64,000 nucleotides of DNA from an uncultured Acidobacteriota bacterium. Its GTDB lineage: Bacteria > Acidobacteriota > Vicinamibacteria > Vicinamibacterales > 2-12-FULL-66-21. Below are positions 17,275 through 30,572 of this stretch, piece after piece. The notes under the pieces were generated by a model that saw nothing but the letters and a program-made list of their open reading frames with translations, did not search any database and was not told where the DNA came from. Position 1 is the stretch's first letter, and each line of letters starts with the position of its first letter. The stretch is taken from positions 137,143 to 201,142 of the forward strand of contig CAVULC010000003.1 in NCBI GenBank assembly GCA_963742265.1, read 5' to 3'. The position numbers and the translations under genes are program-made.

Positions 17275-20121
17275 TCAGAAGACGAAACGCACGCCGAGTT
17301 GTCCGACCCTCGGCTGAACGATGCTGGTCTTGACCCCGAAGTTGGCTGACCTGACGTCCGACGAGAGGAATCCAAACGCCGCATCGCTGTTGAACAGGTT
17401 GAACACGTCGCCGCTGATCTCGAGCTTCTTGCCATCGGCTACGGCAAACGTTTTCGCCACGCGCATGTTCACCAGGTGAACCGTGTCGGCGGCGAGCATG
17501 TCGACGTTGCGGCGGCGTGCGCGCGGATAGGCCGGGTTGAAGAAGGGATCGGCGACGGATCGCCCGTTGCTGAGCGTGATGCGCGGCGCGGTGGCGTTCA
17601 GAGGGAAGTCTCCGGTCAGCACGTCGGAGTGGGGGCCCTGCGTCATGCTGTAGAAACCAGACAGCATCATGCCCCAGGGCAACCGCACGAACGACGACAC
17701 CCGCGCCTGGTGCCGTGGCGACACCCAGTCGCTCGTCAGATCGTCTTCGCTGAAGCCGAGGAACTGCAGGGTGTCCCTGGTGGGATTGAAGGCCTGGACG
17801 ATCGACTGGTGGAACGCGTACCAGTAGTTGGCGTTGATGCCCCACTGCTGCGCGAAGTTCTTCGTGTACAGCAGCTGCACCGATCGGAACTGCTGGATCG
17901 AATAGTTCGGCGCGTACGTCCGCAGCACCGCATCGTAATCGGGGAACGGCCGGCCGAGGAAAGCGCCGGTCGCCGGGTCCCGCACCACGTTCTCGTCGTC
18001 GGCACCCTGGAAGTCGAGCGTTCGTTTGAGGATGAAGGTGACGCCCAGGGAACTCGACTTCGGCAGCTGCTTCTCCCAGCCCGCGCTGAATTCGTTGGTG
18101 TAGGTCTTTTTGTTCTCGAACCCGTAGTTCACGCCGAGCGGAAAGGCGCCAGGCAACTCCTGGTTCAGCAGCGGCGCGACGGTCCGCGGTGAAGCGCGCG
18201 CGATGTCAGTCGCGACCACGTATGGCGGGTGGGACGTGCCGTCACCTCCACCAAGATCGAGCCACTCGTAGTAACGGCCGGCAGTACCGCGAATCACCCC
18301 CCATTTCCCGGCGTCCCACGCGACGCCTGCATTCGGCGCAAAGGTCGTCTGATCGAACTCCTTGTCAGCCGTGACGGTCGGGAACCCTGGTGGCAGCGCC
18401 GGCCCGAGGACGGCCTGCCGATCCTCGGTGTAAATCCGATTGGAGTCGATCCGGAACCCCGCTTTGAGGGAGACGTTGCTGCGCACCTTCCAGCGGTCCT
18501 GCAGGTAAATGCCGTAGATGTTTTCGCGCGCTTCGTTGTTGACCGTGGTTCCCGATCCGTTGGTGCGGAAGGTATCCCGTTCGAACAGCACGTCTGCGCT
18601 CCCGGTCGTGCCGGGCGGACGGAAGTAGAACTCGAGCGGCGACACATCGCGGCTGGTCTTGTTGCGAAGGAACGGGTACAGCTCCGCACCAACCTTGAAG
18701 TCGTGAGAGCCCCAGCGGTTCGCCGCGAAGCTGTACGACGGATACAGATACAACATCGAACGGTCGGAGGTGTCGACGACACCGAGGCTGCCCTCCTGCG
18801 CGATCGTGGTCAGGCTGCCCGCGATGTTGTTGGCGGCGTTCGATTGAATGACCTTGGTGACGCCGAAATTGTCCGAGGGCTCGGCGTTCTGCGGCTTGTT
18901 CACCATCCAGCTGCCGATGAACTGGAACAACTGGTTCGAGGTCAGCACCCACGTGTAGTTCGCACCGAAGAGAGGTCCGCCGGTCACCTGGTCGCCGAAC
19001 GCCGCCGGAGAGACCTGTTGCGGCGTCGCACTCGACAATCCGCCGCTGGCCGATGTCGCACCAATCGCCGAGCTCCTGATCAGGGCGTTGCGGGCAGTGG
19101 TCTTGTCGTATTGCAGCGAGACCGTCAGCCGGTGATCCTGGTTCATTTCAGTGGTCACCTTGCCGTAGATCTGGTTGCCGCGACGTTCCCGCGGCACCGG
19201 CGCGTTGTTCAGGGTCTGGTCTTCCTGCACCCGGCGATAGGCGCCAAAAAACCAGGCGCGATCCCGCACGATGGGGCCGCCAAGCGTCAGGTCCGGCTGC
19301 AAGTCCTTGCGCTGGTTTGGAGCGACTCCGCTGACGTTCGAGCTGTTGAACGCATCCGGAATCACGAACAGGGCGGCTGACCCGTGCAGTGCGTTACTGC
19401 CGCTCTTGGTCACGATCGTCATGAACCCGCCGGTGCGGCCGCCATCTTCGGCCTCGGCACCGAGCGTCTTGATCTGGATGTCCTGGATCGCGTCGTAGTT
19501 GAAGCTCGCCGAGAACACACCGCCGCCGAACGGATCGGTGATGTCCATGCCATCGAGCTTGGTGCTGTTCTCGGAGGTGCCGCGCGAGTTCACGCTGGGA
19601 TTGATGTCGGCCTGGTCGGGCCGGACGAATACGCCAGGCACGAGCGCCCAGATATCCTGGTAACGGCGCTGCGTGCTGACCGGCAGCGAGGTGAGCGCCG
19701 CATTGTTGATGTTGACCGCAAGCCCCGCACGTTCGGGGTCAACCGTCGACGCTTCGCCCGAGACGTTGACGGTCTCGGACATCGATCCAACCGCGAGGGA
19801 AAAATCGACCACCGCGATCGCGCCGAGCCGGACGGTGACCTTCTGCACGACAGCCTGGAAACCCTGGAGCTCGGCGCGTGCCTCGTAGGTCGCGGGCGGC
19901 AGGTTGTTGACGCGGTAAAGACCCTCGGGGTCGGTGGTTGCGGTGAACTGGCCGAGGGCTTCCGGACTCTTCAAAGTCACGGTGACACCAGGGAGGACGG
20001 CGCCGCTGCTGTCAGCCACCTTGCCGCTGACCGACCCGGTGCCGCTGGCCTGCGTGAATCCGAAGGAGGGGAACGCGAAGAGCGCCGCGATCACGAGCGC
20101 CAGAGTGCGAGCTTTCATCAC
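17275..20121 (-). CDS. TonB-dependent-receptor-like outer-membrane protein with a carboxypeptidase-regulatory-like N-domain
   Basis: An AGGAGG precedes the start. The signal peptide is MKARTLALVIAALFAFPSFGFTQA. The N-domain reads GSVSGKVADSSGAVLPGVTVTLKS...GLYRVNNLPPATY. The protein ends ...QLGVRFVF. Confidence 0.85.
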   Translation of the reverse strand: MMKARTLALVIAALFAFPSFGFTQASGTGSVSGKVADSSGAVLPGVTVTLKSPEALGQFTATTDPEGLYRVNNLPPATYEARAELQGFQAVVQKVTVRLGAIAVVDFSLAVGSMSETVNVSGEASTVDPERAGLAVNINNAALTSLPVSTQRRYQDIWALVPGVFVRPDQADINPSVNSRGTSENSTKLDGMDITDPFGGGVFSASFNYDAIQDIQIKTLGAEAEDGGRTGGFMTIVTKSGSNALHGSAALFVIPDAFNSSNVSGVAPNQRKDLQPDLTLGGPIVRDRAWFFGAYRRVQEDQTLNNAPVPRERRGNQIYGKVTTEMNQDHRLTVSLQYDKTTARNALIRSSAIGATSASGGLSSATPQQVSPAAFGDQVTGGPLFGANYTWVLTSNQLFQFIGSWMVNKPQNAEPSDNFGVTKVIQSNAANNIAGSLTTIAQEGSLGVVDTSDRSMLYLYPSYSFAANRWGSHDFKVGAELYPFLRNKTSRDVSPLEFYFRPPGTTGSADVLFERDTFRTNGSGTTVNNEARENIYGIYLQDRWKVRSNVSLKAGFRIDSNRIYTEDRQAVLGPALPPGFPTVTADKEFDQTTFAPNAGVAWDAGKWGVIRGTAGRYYEWLDLGGGDGTSHPPYVVATDIARASPRTVAPLLNQELPGAFPLGVNYGFENKKTYTNEFSAGWEKQLPKSSSLGVTFILKRTLDFQGADDENVVRDPATGAFLGRPFPDYDAVLRTYAPNYSIQQFRSVQLLYTKNFAQQWGINANYWYAFHQSIVQAFNPTRDTLQFLGFSEDDLTSDWVSPRHQARVSSFVRLPWGMMLSGFYSMTQGPHSDVLTGDFPLNATAPRITLSNGRSVADPFFNPAYPRARRRNVDMLAADTVHLVNMRVAKTFAVADGKKLEISGDVFNLFNSDAAFGFLSSDVRSANFGVKTSIVQPRVGQLGVRFVF

Positions 20122-20227
20122 TCCTCCTGTCTGTTGCCGAGCGAGGGTTGGGGGGAGCCTAGCACCACCCGACCCTCAGGGCAATGCGCGATCGCCGGTC
20201 GGGTGACCTGAGGCATCACCCAAGCCT

Positions 20228-21748
20228 TTACCGCACCGCCGTGACCTCGCGAAAAGCGCGACCGATCGCGCGCAGGTGTTCGGTCTTCATCTCCTCGTAT
20301 TCGCGGGAGACGACGATGCCATGGGCTCCCGCGGCGAAGGACTTCACCACTGCCTCATGGATGATGTCCGGATCATCCGGCGGGCTGCCGGGGACGTCGA
20401 AGCCGACCCCCGTATAGATCTTCGTCTTGCCCTCAGCGCTCGCCACGCTCCGCCTCGTTTCGCGGAACACGTAGTCTGATGTGAATCCCCGTGTGCCAAG
20501 CTCCGCGAGCGAGGGTTCGAGCGCTTTGTCGTACCCGAACAGCTCGTAATAGAGCTCGAGCGACGTTGCGAGCGGAACCTCGCCGAGGATCGATTTCTGA
20601 AAGCGCGGCAAATACCAGTCGCGGATGCGCGGCGACAACACGTTCTGATACGCGATGATCTTGATGAAGTCGGTATGGGGCGCCATCTCCGCGTAGCTCA
20701 TCTCGGCGCGATAGACCAGGTCCCAGCTGGAAGGCTGATGATCGACGTGCCAGCCGATCTCGGCTGAAGGCTTGACCCGTTTGGCACGTTCGTACATCGC
20801 GGCACAGATGGCCTCACGTCCAAGCCGGTACTGGAACTCCCAGCCGAGAATCTCCGGGTAGCGGATCAGCAGGCGCAGGAAACCTCCGAACATCCCTTCC
20901 GGCGGATGCGGCGCACCGGCCATCTGGCGCTGAACGTATTCATGGAGCGCGCTGTAACCCTGGCGTGCGCGTTCGGCATCGATCCCGGCCGCCTTCGCCC
21001 GCGCGCGGCAGTGTTCGCAGAAGCAGGCGGGCGGGTCGTTGTTCCAGGGAGAAATGACGTTCATCAGCGGCCCCATCCGCTCGGCGCCCCACTGCAAACC
21101 GTCGATGTCGTAGCTGCGAAAGAGGTCTTCGACAGTGGCCGCCCAGAACGCGATGTAGTCAGGATGATTCCAGCACGCGACGTTGGTCGGCCGGTCGTTC
21201 ACATCGCGCGTCACGACGTTCGAGTAGTTCCGAACTGCACGGCTCATTGCCGCGGATTCGAGCACGCGCGCGTAGATCTTCATGCCGCGCCGGCGGGCGG
21301 GCTCGACGAGCTCTGCAAACAGGTCCCGCCCCGCGTGCTCCTCCTCGGGGCGGGTAGCCGGGTGACGCAGTGCCGTGTCCTTGTAGTACTCGTCATGCGT
21401 CCGCACCCAGACCAGCGGAAAACGCCGTCCAGTGTTGTCACGGAGTGGAACGCCATGGTCGGCGCGGTCCCGCACCGGCTTCACCAGGGCCGCGTTGTAG
21501 GCGTGGCTGTACGGCATGACGGCATTGATCGCCGCTGTCTCCGCGATCAGATCGAGGGTGCGATCGATGCCTTCGTCGAGGATCGTGTGCGGCCCCATCT
21601 GGATGCCGTTGAACGTGCCCGCGGGAGCACTTTCGAGGCGCGTCGGCTCGGCCGTACTCGCGACCGGCCGGCCGCCGGGGGCGACCGCCACGACGGCCGC
21701 CATGCTTTCGATGAACGTGCGCCTGTCGATTCGTCCGTCGCCAGCCAT
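20228..21748 (-). CDS. Tat-signal protein, possibly a glycoside-hydrolase-like TIM barrel; function unknown
   Basis: A twin-arginine motif (RIDRRTFIESMAAVVAVA) and the cysteine cluster CFCEHCRARAKAAGID are present. The coding-like composition is uninterrupted. I cannot assign a family. Confidence 0.55.
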   Translation of the reverse strand: MAGDGRIDRRTFIESMAAVVAVAPGGRPVASTAEPTRLESAPAGTFNGIQMGPHTILDEGIDRTLDLIAETAAINAVMPYSHAYNAALVKPVRDRADHGVPLRDNTGRRFPLVWVRTHDEYYKDTALRHPATRPEEEHAGRDLFAELVEPARRRGMKIYARVLESAAMSRAVRNYSNVVTRDVNDRPTNVACWNHPDYIAFWAATVEDLFRSYDIDGLQWGAERMGPLMNVISPWNNDPPACFCEHCRARAKAAGIDAERARQGYSALHEYVQRQMAGAPHPPEGMFGGFLRLLIRYPEILGWEFQYRLGREAICAAMYERAKRVKPSAEIGWHVDHQPSSWDLVYRAEMSYAEMAPHTDFIKIIAYQNVLSPRIRDWYLPRFQKSILGEVPLATSLELYYELFGYDKALEPSLAELGTRGFTSDYVFRETRRSVASAEGKTKIYTGVGFDVPGSPPDDPDIIHEAVVKSFAAGAHGIVVSREYEEMKTEHLRAIGRAFREVTAVR

Positions 21749-21766
21749 GTGTCTCCTGGGGTAGAC

Positions 21767-21812
21767 GGGGTCAGACCGGGGTCAGACCCCTTTCAGACCG
21801 GGGTCAGACCCC
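21767..21812. repeat. four tandem 11-bp units (GGGGTCAGACC) forming two perfect 13-bp palindromes
   Basis: GGGGTCAGACCCC occurs at 21778-21790 and 21800-21812, centres 22 bp apart. The array spans the ogt stop codon and ends 19 nt upstream of the next gene's start codon. Confidence 0.7.
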
Positions 21813-22316
21813 GGCACCTTCCAGCGTCAGCAGGTGTGACTTGGTCTCCAATCCACCAGCAAACCCGGTGAGCTTGCCGGTGGACCCGATGACTCTATGG
21901 CACGGAGCCACGATCGACAGCGGATTTCTGCCGTTGGCCGCTCCAACCGCGCGCGCGGCGCCGGGATGCCCGATCTGCCGTGCAATCTGTGAGTAGGATC
22001 GGGTCTCGCCGAACGGGATCTTCAGCAACGCATCCCACACTTTCTGCTGGAACGGCGTGCCGGCGGGGGCCAGCGGCAACTCGAACTGCTTGCGCCGGCC
22101 TGCGAAGTACTCGCGCAGCTGCCGTTCGGCCTCGAGGAGAACCGCATGATCGCGATCCTCCGCGGCGATGTTCAGGCGAACACGCCCGGGTCGATCGTTC
22201 TCCCAGAGGATCGCCGCGAGGCCGTCGTCGCTGCCGACCAGCGTCAGCCGGCCGACCGGCGAGTCCATCAATTTGTAAACGTAGCGCTTGTCCATTTGAG
22301 GGTCCGTTACGGTCAT
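21804..22316 (-). CDS. ogt: methylated-DNA--protein-cysteine methyltransferase
   Basis: The active-site motif is IVAPCHRVIGSTGKLTGFAGG, with FQQKVWDALLKIPFGETRSY upstream. Confidence 0.9.
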   Translation of the reverse strand: MTVTDPQMDKRYVYKLMDSPVGRLTLVGSDDGLAAILWENDRPGRVRLNIAAEDRDHAVLLEAERQLREYFAGRRKQFELPLAPAGTPFQQKVWDALLKIPFGETRSYSQIARQIGHPGAARAVGAANGRNPLSIVAPCHRVIGSTGKLTGFAGGLETKSHLLTLEGAGV

Positions 22317-22472
22317 TGTGCACGCTCCTCTGCTGCAAGTGGTTCGCGTTTGTTTGCGACCACTATGCCGCGCGCAACCGCTCGCCGCTGGCCATTTTCG
22401 GACGCCGGTATGTTCCGGTTGTGATGTCCGAATTTGGCTAGTGCACAGCCGCGCCCGGCGTATCGTGAGTCA

Positions 22473-23941
22473 ATGGACCAGGACAGCCGTCGACTCTACT
22501 CGGCTCTCAGCGCGCGCGATTCGCGATTCGACGGGGTGTTCTTCGTTGGGGTGACTTCTACGGACGTCTACTGCCGTCCGATCTGCCCGGCACGGACCCC
22601 GAAACCGTCCAACTGCCGGTTCTTCGCCAGCCCGCAGGAAGCGGAGCGCGCCGGATTCCGCCCCTGCCTTCGATGCCGCCCCGAGCTCGCGCCGGGGAAT
22701 GCGCCGATAGACGATGGTCAGCGGATCGCCCAATCAATCGTGCAGCGTCTGGAGGAAGGGAACTTCGATGAGAGGTCAGGTCTCGAGCCGATGGCGGCCG
22801 CTTTCGAGTTGAGCTCCCGGCAAATTCGCCGCATCGTCCAGCGCGAGCTGGGTGTGTCGCCCATACAGCTGCTGCTCACCCGCCGGCTCTTGCTGGCGAA
22901 GCAGCTCCTCACCGAAACCGCGCTGCCGATAACCGAGATTGCGTTTGCCAGCGGCTTCTCGAGCCTGCGGCGATTCAACGACGCGTTCAATCGCCGCTAC
23001 GGCATGCCGCCGACGCGACTCCGGAAGCACGCCGACGAGGGGGCACGAGATGACGCCGGCGCAAACGTCGACCTTGCGACTGTCTTACCGTCCGCCCTAC
23101 GACTGGGAGGGCGTGCTCGCCTTTCTTCGAGCTCGGGCGCTCAGGGGCATCGAACAGGTCGACGACGCCTCCTACGCGCGGACCGTACGCCTGGGAGATG
23201 CACGCGGCTGGATCAGGGTCACGAAGTCCGCGAAGCATGACGCCCTGATGGTCGAGTTCGCACACAGCCTCACACCCGTGCTGCCGGCGCTGCTCGCCAG
23301 GGTCCGGTCGCTGTTCGACTTGAACGCACGTCCAGACATGATCGCCAGACATTTGAAAAAGGATCCGGTGCTGGCACCGTCCGTGAGATCGAACGCAGGA
23401 CTCCGGGTTCCGGGCGCGTTCAACGGATTCGAAATGGGCGTGCGCGCCATCCTTGGTCAGCAGGTGACCGTACGGGCTGCGACGACGGTGGCGGGAAGAT
23501 TTGTCGAGGCATTTGGCGAATCGATCATCACGCCGTTCCCCGAGCTCGATCGGCTCACACCATCGTCCGCGCGGGTGGCAGCGGCATCGGTGGACGAGAT
23601 CGCGCGCCTGGGCATTGTTGCCGCGCGCTGCGCGCAGCATCATCGCGCTGGCCAAGGCGCAGACATCGGACGGCCTGGTACTCGACGGAGGGACGCACCA
23701 CGACCCTGGCAATTTCATCGCACGACTCAGGGAGCTCCCCGGCATCGGCCCGTGGACGGCGCAGTACATCGCGATGCGGGCTCTCCCCTGGCCCGACGCC
23801 TTCCCAAAAGAAGACATCGTCGTTCGCAACAACCTCGGAGGGATCACGGCGCGGGAAGCGGAGGAACGTTCGCTGGCCTGGCGGCCCTGGCGCAGCTATG
23901 CGGTCATGCACGTGTGGCGCATGCCGAAGCCGCTACTCTGA
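22473..23941 (+). pseudogene. ada: Ada N-domain / AraC-HTH fused to AlkA-type DNA glycosylase, with two frameshifts
   Basis: The Cys4 methyl-acceptor is FFVGVTSTDVYCRPICPAR...RPCLRCRP, and an AraC HTH is present (LPITEIAFASGFSSLRRFNDAFNRRYG). After a shift at the G5 run 23039-23043 the AlkA N-domain follows (LRLSYRPPYDWEG). After a second shift near nt 23612 the HhH-GPD part follows (LRELPGIGPWTAQYIAMRAL...WPDAFPKEDIVV). An alternative TTG start lies at 22434. Confidence 0.8.
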
Positions 23942-23952
23942 ACGGCCGCCGC

Positions 23953-24993
23953 TCATTTCATATAGCCGCGTTCCTTGTAGTAGCGCGCCGCGCCTGGGTG
24001 CAGCGGAACGCTGCCCACCTTCCACACCGTTTCCTCGTTGTAGGAGAACGCCATGTGGCTCCAACGGAGTTGAAACTTCTGCTCGTCGAGCGCTTTCGCC
24101 ACCGTGTACGCGAAGTCGTCCGGCATGTCGGTCCGTCCGTACACCGCCGTGCCGTCGCGGGCGACAGTGGCGATCCGCCGCGTGACACCGCGCAGCAACG
24201 CGATCGGCGCGTCGTGCTGCGGTACGAGAAAATCCTTCGCTAGCTTCGCCCGAAGGTCGACGGGCACGTCGAGATAGGTGAAGTCGTGCTGCTGCGCCGA
24301 GTCATACCAGACGGTGTACTCGGGCGCGCCAACGAGCGCTGCCCACCCGATCACGACATCCACGTCCGAGCCGCGCGTATAGCTGTTGCTCGCCGTCCCG
24401 CCGAATTCCTTGATCTTCTCCGCCGACAGGCCGTAGTACTCGAGAAACGCCACGTTGATCGGGTCATCGATTCCACCGCGAGCAATCAGCTTCACCGGCA
24501 TCCGCTTCTCGACGATCTGCTTGAGATCGGTGATGGTGGACTTCGGATCCACTGCAACCATGTAGTAGCTGGGCGTCTGGATGTTGGCGATCAACCGCAG
24601 CTGCTTGCGCGGCCCCTCTTTGTCGTGCGCGAAGTCGTTGATGCCGAGATAGGCGAACTGCAGCAATTCGGTTCCGGTGGCGCCGAAATCGAGCTTGCCT
24701 TGAGGCGTCGGCAGCGTGGCCGGCGTGAGGTTCTGCGGTGGAGTCGCGTTGCTGCCGTCGGCCACCAGCCGTGCCGCGCGTGGACCGCCGGCGCAGTAAT
24801 AGCAAATCTGCACGTCGTACCCGTACGGCTTCATGGCTTCTTTGACGACCTCGGCCATCGCTCCCCACGGGCAGGCCGGGCACGCGCCGCCGAAGACAGG
24901 ACGCTTTGCCGCAATCCCGTTCGTCTGGGCATCGACGTACGGACCCGCCATGAACGCGACGAGGGCCAGGACCAGCAGACGCATGCGGCGCAT
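23953..24993 (-). CDS. TAXI-family TRAP-type solute-binding protein (orphan; no TRAP membrane genes nearby)
   Basis: A GGAGG sits 9 nt before ATG 24993. The signal peptide is MRRMRLLVLALVAFMAG. The C-terminal PLHPGAARYYKERGY is the TAXI hallmark. Confidence 0.8.
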   Translation of the reverse strand: MRRMRLLVLALVAFMAGPYVDAQTNGIAAKRPVFGGACPACPWGAMAEVVKEAMKPYGYDVQICYYCAGGPRAARLVADGSNATPPQNLTPATLPTPQGKLDFGATGTELLQFAYLGINDFAHDKEGPRKQLRLIANIQTPSYYMVAVDPKSTITDLKQIVEKRMPVKLIARGGIDDPINVAFLEYYGLSAEKIKEFGGTASNSYTRGSDVDVVIGWAALVGAPEYTVWYDSAQQHDFTYLDVPVDLRAKLAKDFLVPQHDAPIALLRGVTRRIATVARDGTAVYGRTDMPDDFAYTVAKALDEQKFQLRWSHMAFSYNEETVWKVGSVPLHPGAARYYKERGYMK

Positions 24994-25018
24994 TTCGTTC
25001 GTACCTCCGGCGGTCATC

Positions 25019-28269
<3,251 letters not shown>

Positions 28270-29848
28270 GGCAACGAACTTTCTGGCCGCAGCGAGTTCC
28301 GGACGATCGCTGTTCGACCCGCTGGTGAGCTCGATCAGCTTCGTGTAGAACGCCCTCGCCTTCTGGGTGTCACCAAGCGTCTCGGCCGCGCGAGCCGCGC
28401 CCGCATATCCGCGGAAGCGATTGGGCTCCTTGGCCATGGTGGCTTCGTAGGCGGCGAGCGCCTCTTTCGCCATGCCGCGCTCCATCAGCATGGCACCGTA
28501 CAGCTCCCGAGCCGGCGCGAGCGGTCCAGGCGTGAGCGGAGATTTTTCAGTCTTGTCTTCCGCATCGGCCGCTGCACCCATCGAGGTCAACGCCGCCTCG
28601 TGTTTGCCTTGCGCGTCCAACTGCCAGGCAGACGCCACTTGCCACTCGATGTCGACCTGTTCCGCCCAGTACCGCGTCCTTCGCGGCTCGCAACTGATCG
28701 CGGAGCTCCGAGAGCCGCGCGATATCGGCAGTCGCGGCGCCGGGCTGGCCCGAGCGGCTGGCGCCGAGAGCGCGGGCGAAATGCGTGATCGCGTCGGCGT
28801 ATGCGAACTTCGACTCGGTTGGCTGTAACAGCGCTGCAGCCGTCCAGTCATTTCGCTCGACGACGTAGCGCGCAGGGCTGGCTGCACGCGCGAACGGGCC
28901 GGCGTTTCGCCCGGTGTTGTAGTCCGTTACCGTGAGCATCTCGTCGATGGTGCGACGCGCGTCGCGATCGCGACCGAGCTGCAGGTACGCATAGACCAGG
29001 TAGTCGGACGCGTGCAGTTGATCGTCGGGCTCCTTGCTCTCCTTCGCGATCCTGGCGGCGGTGGTATTGGATGCAATCGAGTCGCTCCAGGAGCCGACCC
29101 GCGTGAAGATGTGCGAGGGCATGTGCTGCGCATGCGGCGCAGCCTCGGCGATCCGCGCATACCGCGTCGCCGCGTCGAGACCTTTCGGCGCGAGCGCCGG
29201 GTAGTCGTAGGTGTGAATCAGGTAGTGCGCCGCACCCGGATGGTTCGGCTGCCGCTTGAAAATCGGCTCGAGGATGGCCGCCGCCTTGAGCTGATTCACG
29301 TAGGTCTTATCCGACGGCGACGCGCTCATGTCGAGCGCCAGCGCGTAATAGATCTGCACTTCATCGTCACCAGGGTAGCGAGCGGCGACCGCCTCCATCG
29401 CCTTCGTGTACGCCTGTGCGCGCGTCCGTTGATCCAGCTTGTCGTAGTCGGTGTAGAACGTCGCGATCGCTGCGAGCAGGTCGTTTTCTCGCGGCGTTCG
29501 TGCGCCGACGTCTCTCCCCTTCTGGACCGCGGCGAGCCCTGCGGCGAGGTTGCCCGCCGGCGTCGGGTTGAACGGGTTCGACAGCAGGCTCTGCGCGATC
29601 CCCCAATACGCGATCGCGCACTGCGGGTCGGCCCGCAACGCGTCCTCGAAGGCTGCCTGCGATTCGCGATACCAGAACGAGTGCTGATAGCGCATCCCGC
29701 GATCGAAATGCCCTTGTGCTGCCTGGCTGCAGGAGGTTTCGAAATGAAGGGTGCCGAGGTGCTGATTGCTGGTGTCCTGGCTTGCTGCGACCGCCGCGTA
29801 CGCTGCCGCCAGTACCATCGCAGCCGCGAAGGTCTGTGGAACTCGCAT
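28270..29848 (-). pseudogene. secreted TPR-like protein (unknown family) with one frameshift near nt 28675 and no visible stop before the GH2 gene
   Basis: The signal peptide is MRVPQTFAAAMVLAAAYAAVAA. Helical-repeat-like sequence continues in a second frame (YWAEQVDIEWQVASAWQLDAQGKHEAAL...YTKLIELTSGSN). The 3' end is set arbitrarily next to the GH2 candidate start. Confidence 0.5.
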
Positions 29849-29892
29849 GGTGCGGATAACAGTAGACCAGGTCGTGCTGATCTGCAGGGGCC

Positions 29893-30447
29893 CTAGGAGG
29901 TGCAGCCGGTATTCCCTACCTCGTGAGTGAGCTGCGCGTCGACACGGCCTGCGTGGCGCAACGTGCCAACTGCAGATTGAGTTATGAGGATTCGCTGGCT
30001 CGTGCTGCAGCCGGAGTTTGACGCACCTCTGAGGCTCAGCGCGACGTCCGTGCGACGGCCATTGGCAAGCGTGAGCTCGCCGCCACCAGACAGGGCGAAT
30101 GGCCCTTCCCCCGTGAGAGCGCCACTCGCGTCGAGGACCAGCTGTCCGGTGGCTCCGGCGAAGGCGCCGGATCCTCCGGAGACCTGCACAGTGACGGATG
30201 CTGTTTGCAACGCACCATTAGAGGTCGCGGTCCCGCTGTAGCTGCCGCTGAACCCATCGCCGGTTCGGTTGGCAATAGCAAAGGACCCATTCACCAGCGG
30301 AAAGGTCGCGACGTCGAGCGAGGTGCTTGTTTCGCGGGTACCGGGAGAAACGGGCGCCGGGGCGGTCGACGCCAATGGCGGCGAGTCACTGCACGCTGCC
30401 GCCAGGATCCCGCACAGCACGACGAGTGAGAGGTTCTTGATGCTCAT
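29893..30447 (-). CDS. small lipoprotein, unknown function
   Basis: A GGAGGA sits 3 nt upstream of ATG 30447. The lipobox is LVVLCGILAAAC. The rest of the sequence is Gly/Ser/Thr-rich. Confidence 0.6.
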   Translation of the reverse strand: MSIKNLSLVVLCGILAAACSDSPPLASTAPAPVSPGTRETSTSLDVATFPLVNGSFAIANRTGDGFSGSYSGTATSNGALQTASVTVQVSGGSGAFAGATGQLVLDASGALTGEGPFALSGGGELTLANGRRTDVALSLRGASNSGCSTSQRILITQSAVGTLRHAGRVDAQLTHEVGNTGCTS

Positions 30448-30572
30448 ACGTCCTCCGTTCGCCAGCATATCGGTTGGACCGTCACGGCTCTGCAATGCTG
30501 CCAGAGGAACCGTCCCATTGTCGGCTTTCTGGATCTCGTTCCCGATATGACGGGTGAGGGCAGGAGGCCGAC

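Noticed and set aside
15518-17317. A 599-aa plus-strand ORF lies opposite the esterase gene. Similar long antisense or alternate-frame ORFs include 9511-10983(-), 18229-19380(+), 24286-25464(+), 26213-27280(+), 32246-33619(+), 40958-42154(-), 57589-58815(-) and 58044-58994(+).
   Set aside because: Their translations are Arg/Pro/Gly/His-rich with no recognisable motifs. Each lies opposite or out of frame with a gene that has clear family signatures. Long stop-free shadow frames are expected in very GC-rich DNA.
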